Assembly: GCA_040882265.1 (NCBI GenBank) | Contig: JBBEBO010000157.1 | Span: 14,778 to 78,777, forward strand | Reading direction: 5' to 3' | DNA from: Brumimicrobium sp. | Lineage (GTDB): Bacteria; Bacteroidota; Bacteroidia; Flavobacteriales_D; Crocinitomicaceae | Length of the DNA: 64,000 nt | In this document: positions 49,227 to 60,077 of the stretch, piece after piece | How the letters are laid out: the number at the start of each line of letters is the position of its first letter | How positions within the stretch are numbered: the stretch's first letter is position 1 | Notes under the pieces: generated by a model | Seen by the model: the letters and a program-made list of their open reading frames with translations, nothing else | The model's database searches: none | Told to the model about the DNA's origin: nothing | Program-made: the position numbers and the translations under genes

Positions 49227-51521
49227 ATGAACATAAAGTACATAATACAATTAGTAATGTTTTTCACTATGGCCTCAGTCTACGCCCAACAAGGTGCAGG
49301 AGGAGATCCGAATGGGTCTAGTTATGTACTTAAAAATTATAAGTCTGTTGATAAGCAGGTTTTTGAGAAGCCAGATATTGATGCACTTCGTGCTGAAGAT
49401 AAAATTAACGATCGTGAAGCTAACGGCCCCTGGAGGTTTGGATTTAACAATGATACATCTCTTGACTTATTCGATAATGGCACTTGGTTTGAAACACCAA
49501 CAGGTGATCGTATTTGGTTGATCGAAATTGAAGCTGAAAATGCGAAAACAATTAACTTAACTTTTAGTAATACATTAATACCTGAAGGCAACGAATTATT
49601 TGTGTATAATCCAGACAAATCATTTATACTGGGTAAGTTTAAACAAAAGCATATTTATAAAGGAGAATTAGGTACAGAACTAGTACCAGGCAGTAAAGTA
49701 ATCGTTGAATATTTTATTCCAAAAGAAAACATTAACAATGTTGGAAACATCGAGATTAGCCGTGTTACTCATGGATACAGAACTGCAAATGAGTTTAATC
49801 AAAGAGGGCTAAATGATTCTGGAACATGTAATATGAATGTAAATTGTCCAGATGGTGCAAACTGGGTTGACCAACGTAATAGTGCTATAATGCTGGTTTC
49901 TGGTAGCAATGGGTTTTGTTCTGGAGCTTTAATTAACAATGTTTTATACGATGGAACACCTTATGTTCTGACTGCAAATCACTGTTACACTGACCCTACG
50001 AATTGGGTTTTTAGATTTCAATGGCAATCCGACGATTGTTCAAACCCAACGTCTTCGCCCTCTTTTGAGTCTCTATCAGGAGCTACTTTAAGAGCAAGAA
50101 GAACTCCTTCTGATATGTGCTTGGTTGAAATAACAGGGGGACTAGATAACGGTACAGTTCCAGAATTGCACACGCCTTTCTTTGCTGGGTGGAACAATTC
50201 AAATAACCCACCCTCATCAACTGTGAGCATACATCATCCAACTGGCGATATTAAAAAAATCTCATTTGATGATGATCCAGCTATAGCTGCTACAGGGATG
50301 GGTTCTTCTGAAGCAAACAGTAGTTGGGAAGTAGTTTGGGATAGAAATACAACTACAGAAGGTGGATCTTCTGGGGCACCATTATTTGACCAAAATAGAC
50401 GTATTATTGGCCAACTCTGGGGTGGAGGCGCATCATGTAGTAATTTAAATGATCCAGATTGGTATGGTAGAGTTTATAACTCATGGAACCCAGATGGAAG
50501 CGCAAATGATGAGCAACTGCAACATTGGCTCGATCCTGAGAATTCTGGAGCAGAATCAATTGATGGTTACGATCCATATTCGGATCCTTTAGACTATGAT
50601 GTGTCTATCAGTGAATTAAAAGGAGCAAATGGAATTATTTGTGGACCTGCTGCATATCCAGTTGTTACTATAAGAAACAATGGCTTTGAAACATTAACTT
50701 CGGCTAAAATTACATGTAATTATAATAACGGTTCAGATCAAGTTATTAATTGGACAGGAAGCTTGTCTACTTATCAATCTGAGGATGTTAATTTATCTTA
50801 TTTTGGAGCCGATAATGGTTTTAATACAATTGAAGTTGAAGTTTCAGAGCCTAATGGTCAAACTGATGAAGAGCCCATCAACAATTCGGCTGATGATGAT
50901 TTTATTGCAGTAATCGAAGGTGAAAAAATACACATGGATCTGACACTTGATTGTTTTGCTGACGAAACCTCATGGTATGTTGAAGACGAAGATGGTTTTG
51001 TTTGGTATAGCGGTGGGGGATACGAAAACCCAGGAAACACAACTGAGTTAGTTAAAGAAAAATTTTGTTTGTTAGAAGGATGTTATGATTTAGTCATAGA
51101 AGACTCACATGGTGATGGATTAAACGGTTCCAATTTTAATGGTTGTGACTATGATGGAAGCATGATTTTAACTCGTTCTAATGGTGAGTTTTTAGATGAA
51201 ATAACTGAAGAAAATTCTGATTTCGGTTCGTCAATAACAATTCCTTTTTGTGCAAACAATACGGTTAGTAAAAAAGAACTTAATGAAAAATGCGACATAA
51301 TTATATACCCTAATCCATCGAACGGTGAGTTTACTGTTGTTACAGGTTTTGAAGAAAGTCAATATATTGTCTTACAAGATGTTACGGGTAAAATCATTGC
51401 AAATAAATCTACTGATAAAAATAAGTTGATATTTAATGAAACTCACCTTTCAGCGGGAGTTTATATTATCAAAGTGGTTGCTGGCTCAGAAATGGCTACA
51501 AAAAGAATTGTTATAAAATAA
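49227..51521 (+). CDS. Secreted S1 serine protease (lysyl-endopeptidase-like) with T9SS sorting domain
   Basis: CSGALINN, LTANHC (His), GGSSGAP (Ser); C-terminal 'YPNPSNG...GVYII'. Confidence 0.9.
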   Translation: MNIKYIIQLVMFFTMASVYAQQGAGGDPNGSSYVLKNYKSVDKQVFEKPDIDALRAEDKINDREANGPWRFGFNNDTSLDLFDNGTWFETPTGDRIWLIEIEAENAKTINLTFSNTLIPEGNELFVYNPDKSFILGKFKQKHIYKGELGTELVPGSKVIVEYFIPKENINNVGNIEISRVTHGYRTANEFNQRGLNDSGTCNMNVNCPDGANWVDQRNSAIMLVSGSNGFCSGALINNVLYDGTPYVLTANHCYTDPTNWVFRFQWQSDDCSNPTSSPSFESLSGATLRARRTPSDMCLVEITGGLDNGTVPELHTPFFAGWNNSNNPPSSTVSIHHPTGDIKKISFDDDPAIAATGMGSSEANSSWEVVWDRNTTTEGGSSGAPLFDQNRRIIGQLWGGGASCSNLNDPDWYGRVYNSWNPDGSANDEQLQHWLDPENSGAESIDGYDPYSDPLDYDVSISELKGANGIICGPAAYPVVTIRNNGFETLTSAKITCNYNNGSDQVINWTGSLSTYQSEDVNLSYFGADNGFNTIEVEVSEPNGQTDEEPINNSADDDFIAVIEGEKIHMDLTLDCFADETSWYVEDEDGFVWYSGGGYENPGNTTELVKEKFCLLEGCYDLVIEDSHGDGLNGSNFNGCDYDGSMILTRSNGEFLDEITEENSDFGSSITIPFCANNTVSKKELNEKCDIIIYPNPSNGEFTVVTGFEESQYIVLQDVTGKIIANKSTDKNKLIFNETHLSAGVYIIKVVAGSEMATKRIVIK

Positions 51522-51633
51522 GTTGATTCTTGTCTTGTGTCTAACATCTATTGTCTAATTCTTTATATTAATTGTAGAATTTTATTCTCATCTAAATTAA
51601 TAGCACTTTTCAGTCCATAGTGGTTTAGCTATG

Positions 51634-51677
51634 AACCGTAAGAAAACGAATGTCAGTTCTCTTACGGTTTTTTCTTT
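51634..51677 (+). terminator. Probable intrinsic terminator
   Basis: AACCGTAAGA...TCTTACGGTT followed by a T-rich tail. Confidence 0.65.
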
Positions 51678-51742
51678 TTATGATTTGACACTTTAAACTC
51701 TCTAATTTTTATGTAGTTTTAGACTAAAATTAAAGAAGTTGT

Positions 51743-53143
51743 ATGAAAATCACTTTTGCAGGCGGAGCAGGTACTGTTACAGGAAGCAAGTTTGTTGTTC
51801 AATTATGGGATAACAAACGGATTTTGTTGGATTGTGGTATGTATCAAGGAATGGGTAAAGACACTCATAGTTTAAATGCTGCGGAGTTAATAGATCCAAA
51901 AAGTATTGATGCAATACTTTTATCACACGCCCACATTGACCATTCTGGTCTCATTCCAAAATTAGTGAAAGATGGTTTTGAAGGCCCTATTTTTTGTACC
52001 GAAGCAACTTTTGCTCTGTGTGAAATAATGTTGAGAGATAGCGCTTATATTCAAGAAGCGGATGTTAAATACTCAAACAAACGACATGGTAGAGGGAGTG
52101 AAGATGGATATCAACCACTGTATTTGTTTTCAGATGTAGAAACATCCCTTGAACAGTTTGTAGTTGTAAAAGAAAATGAAAAAACAAGTATAATTGATGG
52201 TATTGAAGCAACTTTTATCCCTAATGGACATATATTGGGTAGCGCTGCGATTTATCTGAATATTGATGAAATAAGCGAAAAACATACATTGCTTTATACT
52301 GGTGATATTGGAAGATACAACACTTCCTTTATTCGTGATCCAGAGCCTCCACCACAAGCAGATTATATTTTATGTGAATCAACGTACGGAGATAGACTTC
52401 ATGACAATTCAGTTGATGCCGAACAAGAGCTTTTAACTGTTATACTCAATACAATTAAAGAAAAAAAAGGTAAACTAATCATTCCTGCTTTCAGTTTGGG
52501 ACGTACTCAGGAATTAGTTTTTGCATTAAATAAAATGGATCTTCATGGAATATTACCAGAGGTTAAAATTTTTGTTGACAGCCCTTTAGCTACTGATGCA
52601 ACAAATATAACACGACAATTTTCTTATTTGTTAACTCGAGAAGTACAGCGCTTTTCAGAATCAAGAAGCGACCCTTTTGGTTTCCAGAAGTTGTCTTACG
52701 TAAAAAACAAAGAAGCATCTCAAAAACTTAATTTTTCTAAAACGCCATGTGTAATTATTTCAGCTGCTGGAATGGCTGATGCCGGAAGAGTTAAACATCA
52801 TATTTACCACAGCATTGAGGATGCTAATAACACAATACTCTTTGTCGGTTATGCAGAACCAAACTCACTTGGAGGGAGACTACAGAATGGTGATAAAAAA
52901 GTAACTATTTTTGGAGATGAAAAACGAGTTGAAGCTGAAATAAAAGTCATTAAATCACTTAGCGCGCACGGTGATTATGAAGAGATGATTCAGTACCTAA
53001 AAAGTCAAAATGCAGGAAAAGTAAAAAAAATGTTTTTGGTTCACGGCGAAGAAAAAGTTCAAAGAAAATTCAAAGAAAAACTTACAGAAGCGGGACATCA
53101 TTCTGTAATTATTCCCAAAAAAGGAGATGTTTTTAGCACATGA
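51743..53143 (+). CDS. MBL-fold beta-CASP metallo-hydrolase (RNA-processing family)
   Basis: HAHIDH, GHILGS, ESTYG, AFSLGRTQE, SAHGD and LVHGE. Confidence 0.93.
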   Translation: MKITFAGGAGTVTGSKFVVQLWDNKRILLDCGMYQGMGKDTHSLNAAELIDPKSIDAILLSHAHIDHSGLIPKLVKDGFEGPIFCTEATFALCEIMLRDSAYIQEADVKYSNKRHGRGSEDGYQPLYLFSDVETSLEQFVVVKENEKTSIIDGIEATFIPNGHILGSAAIYLNIDEISEKHTLLYTGDIGRYNTSFIRDPEPPPQADYILCESTYGDRLHDNSVDAEQELLTVILNTIKEKKGKLIIPAFSLGRTQELVFALNKMDLHGILPEVKIFVDSPLATDATNITRQFSYLLTREVQRFSESRSDPFGFQKLSYVKNKEASQKLNFSKTPCVIISAAGMADAGRVKHHIYHSIEDANNTILFVGYAEPNSLGGRLQNGDKKVTIFGDEKRVEAEIKVIKSLSAHGDYEEMIQYLKSQNAGKVKKMFLVHGEEKVQRKFKEKLTEAGHHSVIIPKKGDVFST

Positions 53144-54138
53144 AGAAATTTTGTACATATCTAATCTTTTCGATTCTTTTATTTGGTTGCAATGAAAAAG
53201 AGCAAAACCAAACGAAAAAGAATGTGGCTCCAACAGTAAAAGAAATGCTTGTTAATTGGAGTACCTTTAACGAAAGTGGATTTCAAAACGTTAGCTTTCC
53301 AACCTGGTTTAATCAAAAACAAGTTCAACTGAAAAATATAAGTCAAATTAAGCTTTTCTTTTACGACTTTAATGAAATCGACACCGTTAATACCTTTTCT
53401 GACACACTACCTGAAACACTACTTTCCTTTGATTTTGATAAAGAAAAATTAGCACAGATGCAATTAGAGGAGTTTTCATCAGAAATGCCCATCGCAAAAC
53501 ACTTTTTTAATTATAGAAATAAACAAGATAGTGTAGGTTATTCTGCACCAGATATTACAAATAACGTTGTGTACAAAGACAATAAATGGATACCTATATT
53601 TTCAACTTATAAAGTAGCTCAAGTTTTTCAACGCCTTCATTTTGTTAAAAAGGATTCAGTAGTTATTGAATATACAAACACTTTAAATCCAGATGATAAT
53701 AAACATGTATTTATCCTTGATAGCGCAAATTGGAATGTGATGTTTATTGATAAGTGGTTTAAGCCAAAAAATAACAATACATTTTATTATGGTTCTCCTA
53801 AACAAGTGCACGAATCTTTCAAAGTAAAAAACCTTGTTGAGAAAGAACAACTTGTTAAAAACACCTATTTTGAAAACAATGTAGCTTACCAGCAATCTTT
53901 TTTTACAGATGGTTTTGAAAAAAGAAGAACTTTTCAGTATGATAATGAGGGGCAATGTGTTGGTTATGTAGATAGTTTAATAGCGATACCTAATGATTAT
54001 ATAGAACACACAATTTCAAAAATACAGTTTGATAAAGAGCTGCCAATCAACTTATTTACTTATGATCCAACAGATTCCCTTTATGAAAATCCGTTGAAAC
54101 AAATTTCATTTAAGTATGAATATAGAGAAGTACAATAA
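53140..54138 (+). CDS. Hypothetical lipoprotein
   Basis: Lipobox LFGC; overlaps the MBL gene by 4 nt. Confidence 0.7.
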   Translation: MKKFCTYLIFSILLFGCNEKEQNQTKKNVAPTVKEMLVNWSTFNESGFQNVSFPTWFNQKQVQLKNISQIKLFFYDFNEIDTVNTFSDTLPETLLSFDFDKEKLAQMQLEEFSSEMPIAKHFFNYRNKQDSVGYSAPDITNNVVYKDNKWIPIFSTYKVAQVFQRLHFVKKDSVVIEYTNTLNPDDNKHVFILDSANWNVMFIDKWFKPKNNNTFYYGSPKQVHESFKVKNLVEKEQLVKNTYFENNVAYQQSFFTDGFEKRRTFQYDNEGQCVGYVDSLIAIPNDYIEHTISKIQFDKELPINLFTYDPTDSLYENPLKQISFKYEYREVQ

Positions 54139-55708
54139 ACGGCATCTAATAATCGCCTTTTTTACTCCCTTGGTTCTAGGTTTATTGTTTCACCTTTCAC
54201 CATACATAGGCGATGCGTTTCATCTCCTCCCTGGTGATTTAGGAGATACCCGATTCAATATATTTATACTAGAACACGCTAAACAGTTCATGACTGGAGA
54301 AGTGTCAGAATATTGGAATGCAAATTTCATGTATCCTGAACCTGAAGTTATTTCTTTATCAGATAATTTATTGGGAACGTCACCTATTTATGCTCTTTTT
54401 AGAATTCTTGGGTTTGATTTATTTACTTCATTTCAATACTGGCTAATAACGCTCACTATACTTAACTATTGGGCTTCATTTAAGTTGTCAAATTTTTTAT
54501 TTAAAAGTCCATGGATTGCAGGGTTGTCAGCATTTATTTTTACGTTTTCAATTAGTTTGGCATCACAAATGAATCACGCACAAATGTACCCGCGATTTGC
54601 TATACCACTTGCCTTTTTAGGTCTATTGCTCTGGAGAAAACAATTAAACTGGAAGTATTTTGCATTTGCTATTACAATGCTCGTTTATCAATTTTATTGT
54701 GGAATTTATCTAGGGTTTTTAATGCTGATTCCTTTTTTGATTGTAATGGGAGTGATTGTTTACGAACAATGGACAACGCTTAAAGTGTTTTTTTTAAAAG
54801 TTAAAAACCTTGTACAGTATGGGTTGCCTATAATATTTAATGGTGTGTTTATGTACATACTTTTTGCACCATATTTACGTAGGTCTGAAGGTGAATCATT
54901 ACATACTTTTAGTGAAATTGCTCATACATTACCTGGGTTTAATAGTTATTTGACACCTCCACCAGGCACAGTAGTTCACGGATTTTTAGAAGAAAATATG
55001 GGAAATCATTTTGCTTTTTGGGATCACTGGATTTTTACTGGATGGATGGCAACTATAGCTTTTGTGGTAATCATAGCGCTTTTAATTTACCAAAAAGTAA
55101 GGCAAAAATCAATATTAAGTAGTGATTTAAACCTTATGTTGTTGGCTGGAGTAATTACTTTTATTACTTACCTTCGAGTAGGTGATCTGTCACTCTATTA
55201 TTTTGTACAAAAAATTCCCGGTTTTGGGGCTATGCGTTCCCTTACTAGAGTAATAAATGTAGAGCTTTTATTTTTTGGAATCGCTTTTGGGGCTTTGGCC
55301 TTGTTGCTTATAAAAAAATATAATATTAAAATTAAGCATCTTTTTTTCGTGGCTTTACCATTCTTAATAGTAGATAACTTCTTGAAATTTGAGATGGCAA
55401 ACACTACACCCAAAGAAACAATGCTAGAAAGACATTATAACTTAGTTGAAAAAATGGATCACCTTCAGGAAGGAACTATTGTTTCGTACGAACCAGATAC
55501 ATCAAGTTTAAATAGCAATATCATGCACTATCAAATTGATGCTATGCTGGCAGCTCAGGACTTGCACTTAAAATCAATTAATGGATATTCAGCAAAAGCT
55601 GCTTTTGGTTTTGATAGGTTTTGGAGGGTTCCTAATAAAGAGAATTTGTTGTTTTGGCTAAATAGATTTCCTGAGGTTGATACCTCTGAAATTGTTGTAA
55701 TTAAATGA
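54116..55708 (+). CDS. Polytopic membrane protein, GT-C glycosyltransferase-like
   Basis: Many TMs; 'GDLGDTRFN...EH', 'WNANFMYP...SDNLLG' and 'INGYS' resemble GT-C/YfhO-like proteins. Confidence 0.6.
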   Translation: MNIEKYNKRHLIIAFFTPLVLGLLFHLSPYIGDAFHLLPGDLGDTRFNIFILEHAKQFMTGEVSEYWNANFMYPEPEVISLSDNLLGTSPIYALFRILGFDLFTSFQYWLITLTILNYWASFKLSNFLFKSPWIAGLSAFIFTFSISLASQMNHAQMYPRFAIPLAFLGLLLWRKQLNWKYFAFAITMLVYQFYCGIYLGFLMLIPFLIVMGVIVYEQWTTLKVFFLKVKNLVQYGLPIIFNGVFMYILFAPYLRRSEGESLHTFSEIAHTLPGFNSYLTPPPGTVVHGFLEENMGNHFAFWDHWIFTGWMATIAFVVIIALLIYQKVRQKSILSSDLNLMLLAGVITFITYLRVGDLSLYYFVQKIPGFGAMRSLTRVINVELLFFGIAFGALALLLIKKYNIKIKHLFFVALPFLIVDNFLKFEMANTTPKETMLERHYNLVEKMDHLQEGTIVSYEPDTSSLNSNIMHYQIDAMLAAQDLHLKSINGYSAKAAFGFDRFWRVPNKENLLFWLNRFPEVDTSEIVVIK

Positions 55709-55802
55709 TTGAATCTATTCTTTGTATTCGCCAGTTTTTAAATTAGTGAATAACTTTTAATTACTTCTCAATTTCAATATGAATTATAAAAATTCATTCC
55801 CT

Positions 55803-55810
55803 TACATTTG
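55803..55810 (+). promoter_or_regulatory. Bacteroidota -7 element for tdk / murF-alr
   Basis: TACATTTG 23 nt upstream of the ATG. Confidence 0.55.
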
Positions 55811-55833
55811 TTGAAACAATCAATGATAAGTGT

Positions 55834-56409
55834 ATGTTTTTAGAACAATTCCCAGAAGATGGTAAGCGTCATGGATGGATAGAAGTGATTTGCGGTTCTA
55901 TGTTTTCTGGTAAAACTGAAGAGTTAATTCGCCGTTTGAGACGTGCCAAATTTGCTAATCAGGAGTTGTTGCTCTTTAAACCTAAGATTGATCGTAGATA
56001 TAGTGAAGAAAATGTGGTAAGTCACAATGGTGTTAGTTTTGAAGCTATTCAAATTGAACAATCTAAAGAAATTTTAGAACATTGGAAAAAAGAAAGAATT
56101 GTTGCGATTGATGAGGCTCAATTTTTTGATATGGAAGTTGTACAAGTTGTAAACCAACTTGCTTCAAAAGGTGTTCGTGTTGTATGTGCTGGGCTTGACA
56201 TGGACTACCAAGGCAATCCGTTCGGACCAATTCCTAATCTTTTAGCTTCAGCAGAATATGTAACAAAAGTTCACGCTATTTGTATGTCATGTGGAAATCT
56301 TGCTCAATTTTCACACAGAAAAAGTAAAGAGAAAGAACAAGTACTTGTAGGAGCTGTTGATGAATACGAACCATTATGTCGTTCTTGCTATAATAAAATT
56401 GCGCATTGA
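55834..56409 (+). CDS. tdk: Thymidine kinase
   Basis: GSMFSGKTEEL, IDEAQF, AGLDMD, C-x2-C...C-x2-C and YEPLCR. Confidence 0.97.
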   Translation: MFLEQFPEDGKRHGWIEVICGSMFSGKTEELIRRLRRAKFANQELLLFKPKIDRRYSEENVVSHNGVSFEAIQIEQSKEILEHWKKERIVAIDEAQFFDMEVVQVVNQLASKGVRVVCAGLDMDYQGNPFGPIPNLLASAEYVTKVHAICMSCGNLAQFSHRKSKEKEQVLVGAVDEYEPLCRSCYNKIAH

Positions 56410-58691
56410 AACTTGGACTAAAACATCGGGAAATTGCAGATATAATTGAAGGCACTATCATTCAAAAAAATGAAGGTACAGTTGATATTGTAGTTTACGA
56501 TTCTCGTGTGATTACTACTGATCGATCGGGCGTTTTTTTTGCACTGAAAGGAAAGCGTGATGGACATGAGTTTTGTCAAAAAGCATACGATAAAGGAGTG
56601 CGGTGTTTTGTAGTCAGTAACACAGTAAATTTACCTGAAGACGCATGTGTTATTTCGGTAGATGACGCACTAACAGCACTACAATTACTAGCGAAAAATC
56701 ATCGCAATCAATTTTCATTTCCCGTATTAGCAATTACAGGTAGTTTAGGTAAAACGATGATTAAAGAGTGGCTATATTTTTTAATTAAAGATCATTTTAA
56801 TGTTGTTCGAAGCCCTAAAAGTTATAACTCTCAAATAGGCGTGGCAATGTCATTGTTAGAAATGAATGATCAACACAATTTTGCCATTATTGAAGCTGAT
56901 ATTTCACATCCAAATGAAATGATTTCGCTGGAAGAAATGATTTCGCCTACTTTAGGAATCTTTACAGGTGTTGGCAAGAACTATGAAGCGAATTTTAAAT
57001 CGAAAAAAGATCATATTTCAGAACATTTGTATTTGTTTAAGCACTCTAACATTACTTTAGCATTAGATGATGAGCACAGTTCACTTAGAAGGAACAAAAT
57101 TAATGCTGAATTAACCAATTTAAAGTCTTGGAGCAATTTCAATGTTGAGAATAAACCATTTCCAAAAAATCGAACACTTGCGCTATTTGCCGCTGAGTTT
57201 CTTGGAGTGTCCAAGAGTGAATTGAGCGGAAAAGTTGATTTACTACCCATATTATCTAATCGTCAGGAGGTGTTTGAAGGTCAAAACGGCAATTTAATTA
57301 TTAATGATACGTATAATATTGATATCGATGCGCTAGAACAGTCTTTGGAATATCAGTTTTCATCTGACGAAAGGAGTAAAAAAGTTGTAGTTCTCGATTT
57401 ATCTCATGTTGATGAAACACGCAAGAAACAGATTGTTGAGCTCGTGAAAAGTTATCAACCGGATGATTTTTTTATTGTTAAAAATGATCAAATTCCTAAT
57501 GACCTCAAAAAAATAGAAAACGCTAGTATTCTTTTTAAAGGCTCTTATCGCTCTAATTTAAAGCAAACTGTACAACTATTTAAAAATAGAAAGCACGAAA
57601 CATGGGTAGAGTTTGACTTAAAAGCAATTAAGCACAATATCAGTGTTTTACAATCAAAATTGCCAGTTGGCACCAAAACACTTGTTATGGTTAAAGCTTC
57701 GTCTTATGGGACGGGAGATGTAAACATTCCTCATTTTTTACAACAAATTGGAGTTGATTACTTGGGTGTAGCTTATACAGACGAAGGTACAACATTAAGA
57801 GAAAAAGGAATTCAATTGCCTATTCTAGTCATGAATACAGAATTTAATGCGTTTGAGGATGTAACAAAGTTTAACTTAGAGCCTTCTATTTATGCACTTA
57901 GTCAGTTAAAGGTGTTTTGTGAGCACTTAGAAAAAGAAGGACTATCAAATTATCCAATTCATCTAACTTTTGAAACAGGAATGAATAGACTTGGTTTTGA
58001 CGAAGCCGATATTCCTGAATTATTGAACTTTATTACGTTGCACAAGGAAATTCAAATTCGAAGTGTTTATTCACATTTAGCTGACGCAGATAACAAGGAT
58101 ACGGAGTATACTGAAAATCAAATTTCCCGCTTTAAAAAGATTCGATCAATCATATTGGAAAATAAAGATATTCCTAACAGAGAAAATATCATTTTCCACA
58201 TATTGAATAGTGAAGGAGTGCTTCAGTTTGGAAAAAAAGCTGGTTTTGATATGGTTCGAGTAGGAATAGGTGTTTTTGGATATACATCTCAAGCAGAAGA
58301 ACTATTACCTTGTATTCGTTGGAAAACAACAATTTCACAAATAAAAAATTTAAAAGCAGGAGAAACGGTTAGTTATGGAAGAACTTTTCGTGCTGAAAAA
58401 CCAATGAAAACTGCTACTCTTCGAATTGGATATGCTGATGGTTTTAGACGATCTTTAAGTAATGGTGTAGGGAAAGTTTATATTAATGGTGAGTTTTGTC
58501 CTGTAGTTGGTAGTGTATGTATGGATATGATGATGGTGGATGTCACTCATGCTGATTGTAAAGAAGGAGATGAGGTTGAAATCATTGGTGATCACATTTC
58601 TATGCAAGTATTTGCAAAAAGCATTGGAACGATCCCTTATGAAGTGATGACGAGTATCAATAAACGTGTAGCCCGGATTTATTATTATTAG
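56406..58691 (+). CDS. alr: MurF-like/alanine racemase fusion
   Basis: N-part: AITGSLGKT, RSPKSYNSQIGV, NDTYN. C-part: MVKASSYG (PLP Lys), IGYADG, VCMD, TIPYE. Confidence 0.92.
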   Translation: MKLGLKHREIADIIEGTIIQKNEGTVDIVVYDSRVITTDRSGVFFALKGKRDGHEFCQKAYDKGVRCFVVSNTVNLPEDACVISVDDALTALQLLAKNHRNQFSFPVLAITGSLGKTMIKEWLYFLIKDHFNVVRSPKSYNSQIGVAMSLLEMNDQHNFAIIEADISHPNEMISLEEMISPTLGIFTGVGKNYEANFKSKKDHISEHLYLFKHSNITLALDDEHSSLRRNKINAELTNLKSWSNFNVENKPFPKNRTLALFAAEFLGVSKSELSGKVDLLPILSNRQEVFEGQNGNLIINDTYNIDIDALEQSLEYQFSSDERSKKVVVLDLSHVDETRKKQIVELVKSYQPDDFFIVKNDQIPNDLKKIENASILFKGSYRSNLKQTVQLFKNRKHETWVEFDLKAIKHNISVLQSKLPVGTKTLVMVKASSYGTGDVNIPHFLQQIGVDYLGVAYTDEGTTLREKGIQLPILVMNTEFNAFEDVTKFNLEPSIYALSQLKVFCEHLEKEGLSNYPIHLTFETGMNRLGFDEADIPELLNFITLHKEIQIRSVYSHLADADNKDTEYTENQISRFKKIRSIILENKDIPNRENIIFHILNSEGVLQFGKKAGFDMVRVGIGVFGYTSQAEELLPCIRWKTTISQIKNLKAGETVSYGRTFRAEKPMKTATLRIGYADGFRRSLSNGVGKVYINGEFCPVVGSVCMDMMMVDVTHADCKEGDEVEIIGDHISMQVFAKSIGTIPYEVMTSINKRVARIYYY

Positions 58692-58695
58692 AGCG

Positions 58696-59937
58696 TTACT
58701 GTTTTTGAATGGTTTTTCCGAACACTTGCTTATAAACATCAAAATAACGTTGAACTCCTTTTTTTAAGCTGTAAACTTCATGTGCTCCATCTATTATTTT
58801 GCCTTTATCGTACTTGGAGAAATCCAACGATATTTTGTTATAGGTCTTATAATTGAATGACTCTACTATTTCACCAGCGTTATATTTTAATACAATTTCA
58901 TCCGTATCACCCACACCAGAATTACAAATTATTGGAACTCCCATTGCCATTAATTCTCCTTGTTTTGTTGGTGAGGAGGCTTTTTTTGAAAAAGTTGGCC
59001 GAATAAAAAATATTGAACAATCAAAAATGGAAGAATAAAGAGGAACCTGATCATGCTTAACTTTTTTGACAATAACTTCCTCTTTAGGTATGCCTTTACT
59101 CCTTGCTTTACTAACAATATTTTCAGGTGATTCACCAGAAATAAACAGAAATTTAGAAGACTTTTGTTTTGTTCTTAAAACTGCATAATAGTCAAGCATT
59201 TCATCTAACATATACCAAGTTCCAATGGAGCCAATGTATCCAAGAACGAACTCTTCTTTTAAAATATCAAGTTGGGCTTTTACTTCTTTTATTTCAGAAG
59301 AACTGATCTTGTTAGGATTAAATTTTTCTAAATCAACACAGCACGGTATTACTTCAATAAATGGTGAAACTTTACTAATTTCCTCCCATGAAAGTATTTC
59401 GTTTCTGCCATTTTCAGTAAGTGAAATCGTAGCATCAGCATCTTTGAAAAAAAGCCTTTCTTTCCTTTTAAAAAAACGGTATACAAGTTTAAAAATAGGA
59501 TTTGATAGCGACCAAATTTTACCTTCAACACGTTCATCAGCCCAAAATCCACGCATATCAAAAACAAACTTCACATCATGGTTAAGTTTTAACTTATGTC
59601 CAACTACTGCGGGTAAATAACTACGACAATGAACAATGTCAAATCCAATACTTGCCTGAAGATTTAAGGCCTTTTTTTGCATTTTTCTTAGGTCATAAAG
59701 CGTTGAAAATAAAGGTGGATTTTTAGTGTAATTTATTGGGTGCCAATTAATATTTGCCTCTATACATCTCTTTTCAACAACACGTTTCAAGGATTTAAAT
59801 TGTTCCTTTTTTTCAAAAGTAATTAGATGAAAATTTACCCCAAACTCAGACAATCCTTCTAAATAAGGTAATATCTGAGATTGACCCAAAGGATCTGTTA
59901 AACCATCATAAGATATATAAAGTACTGAAAGATTCAC
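58696..59937 (-). CDS. Glycosyltransferase family 4
   Basis: SQILPYL, VHCRSY, FDMRGFWADER and SPTKQGELMAMG. Confidence 0.92.
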   Translation of the reverse strand: MNLSVLYISYDGLTDPLGQSQILPYLEGLSEFGVNFHLITFEKKEQFKSLKRVVEKRCIEANINWHPINYTKNPPLFSTLYDLRKMQKKALNLQASIGFDIVHCRSYLPAVVGHKLKLNHDVKFVFDMRGFWADERVEGKIWSLSNPIFKLVYRFFKRKERLFFKDADATISLTENGRNEILSWEEISKVSPFIEVIPCCVDLEKFNPNKISSSEIKEVKAQLDILKEEFVLGYIGSIGTWYMLDEMLDYYAVLRTKQKSSKFLFISGESPENIVSKARSKGIPKEEVIVKKVKHDQVPLYSSIFDCSIFFIRPTFSKKASSPTKQGELMAMGVPIICNSGVGDTDEIVLKYNAGEIVESFNYKTYNKISLDFSKYDKGKIIDGAHEVYSLKKGVQRYFDVYKQVFGKTIQKQ

Positions 59938-60077
59938 ATTTTTTTAATTGAATTGCAAGTTAATATAATTGTAAAGAAATAAAATTTATCTATTATGAAT
60001 TATTAGCATTTTTATATAATAAATATTAATGTTGCAAGCTTAATATTTATTAATATTGGCTAATAGAATTAACAACA

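Noticed and set aside
55745-55753. AGTGAATAA as a DnaA box upstream of tdk
   Set aside because: A single one-mismatch site is too common in AT-rich DNA to support a call.
17793-59937. A dedicated polysaccharide biosynthesis locus
   Set aside because: The four GT4-type genes and the GT-C-like gene are scattered among housekeeping genes with no flippase, polymerase or nucleotide-sugar genes.
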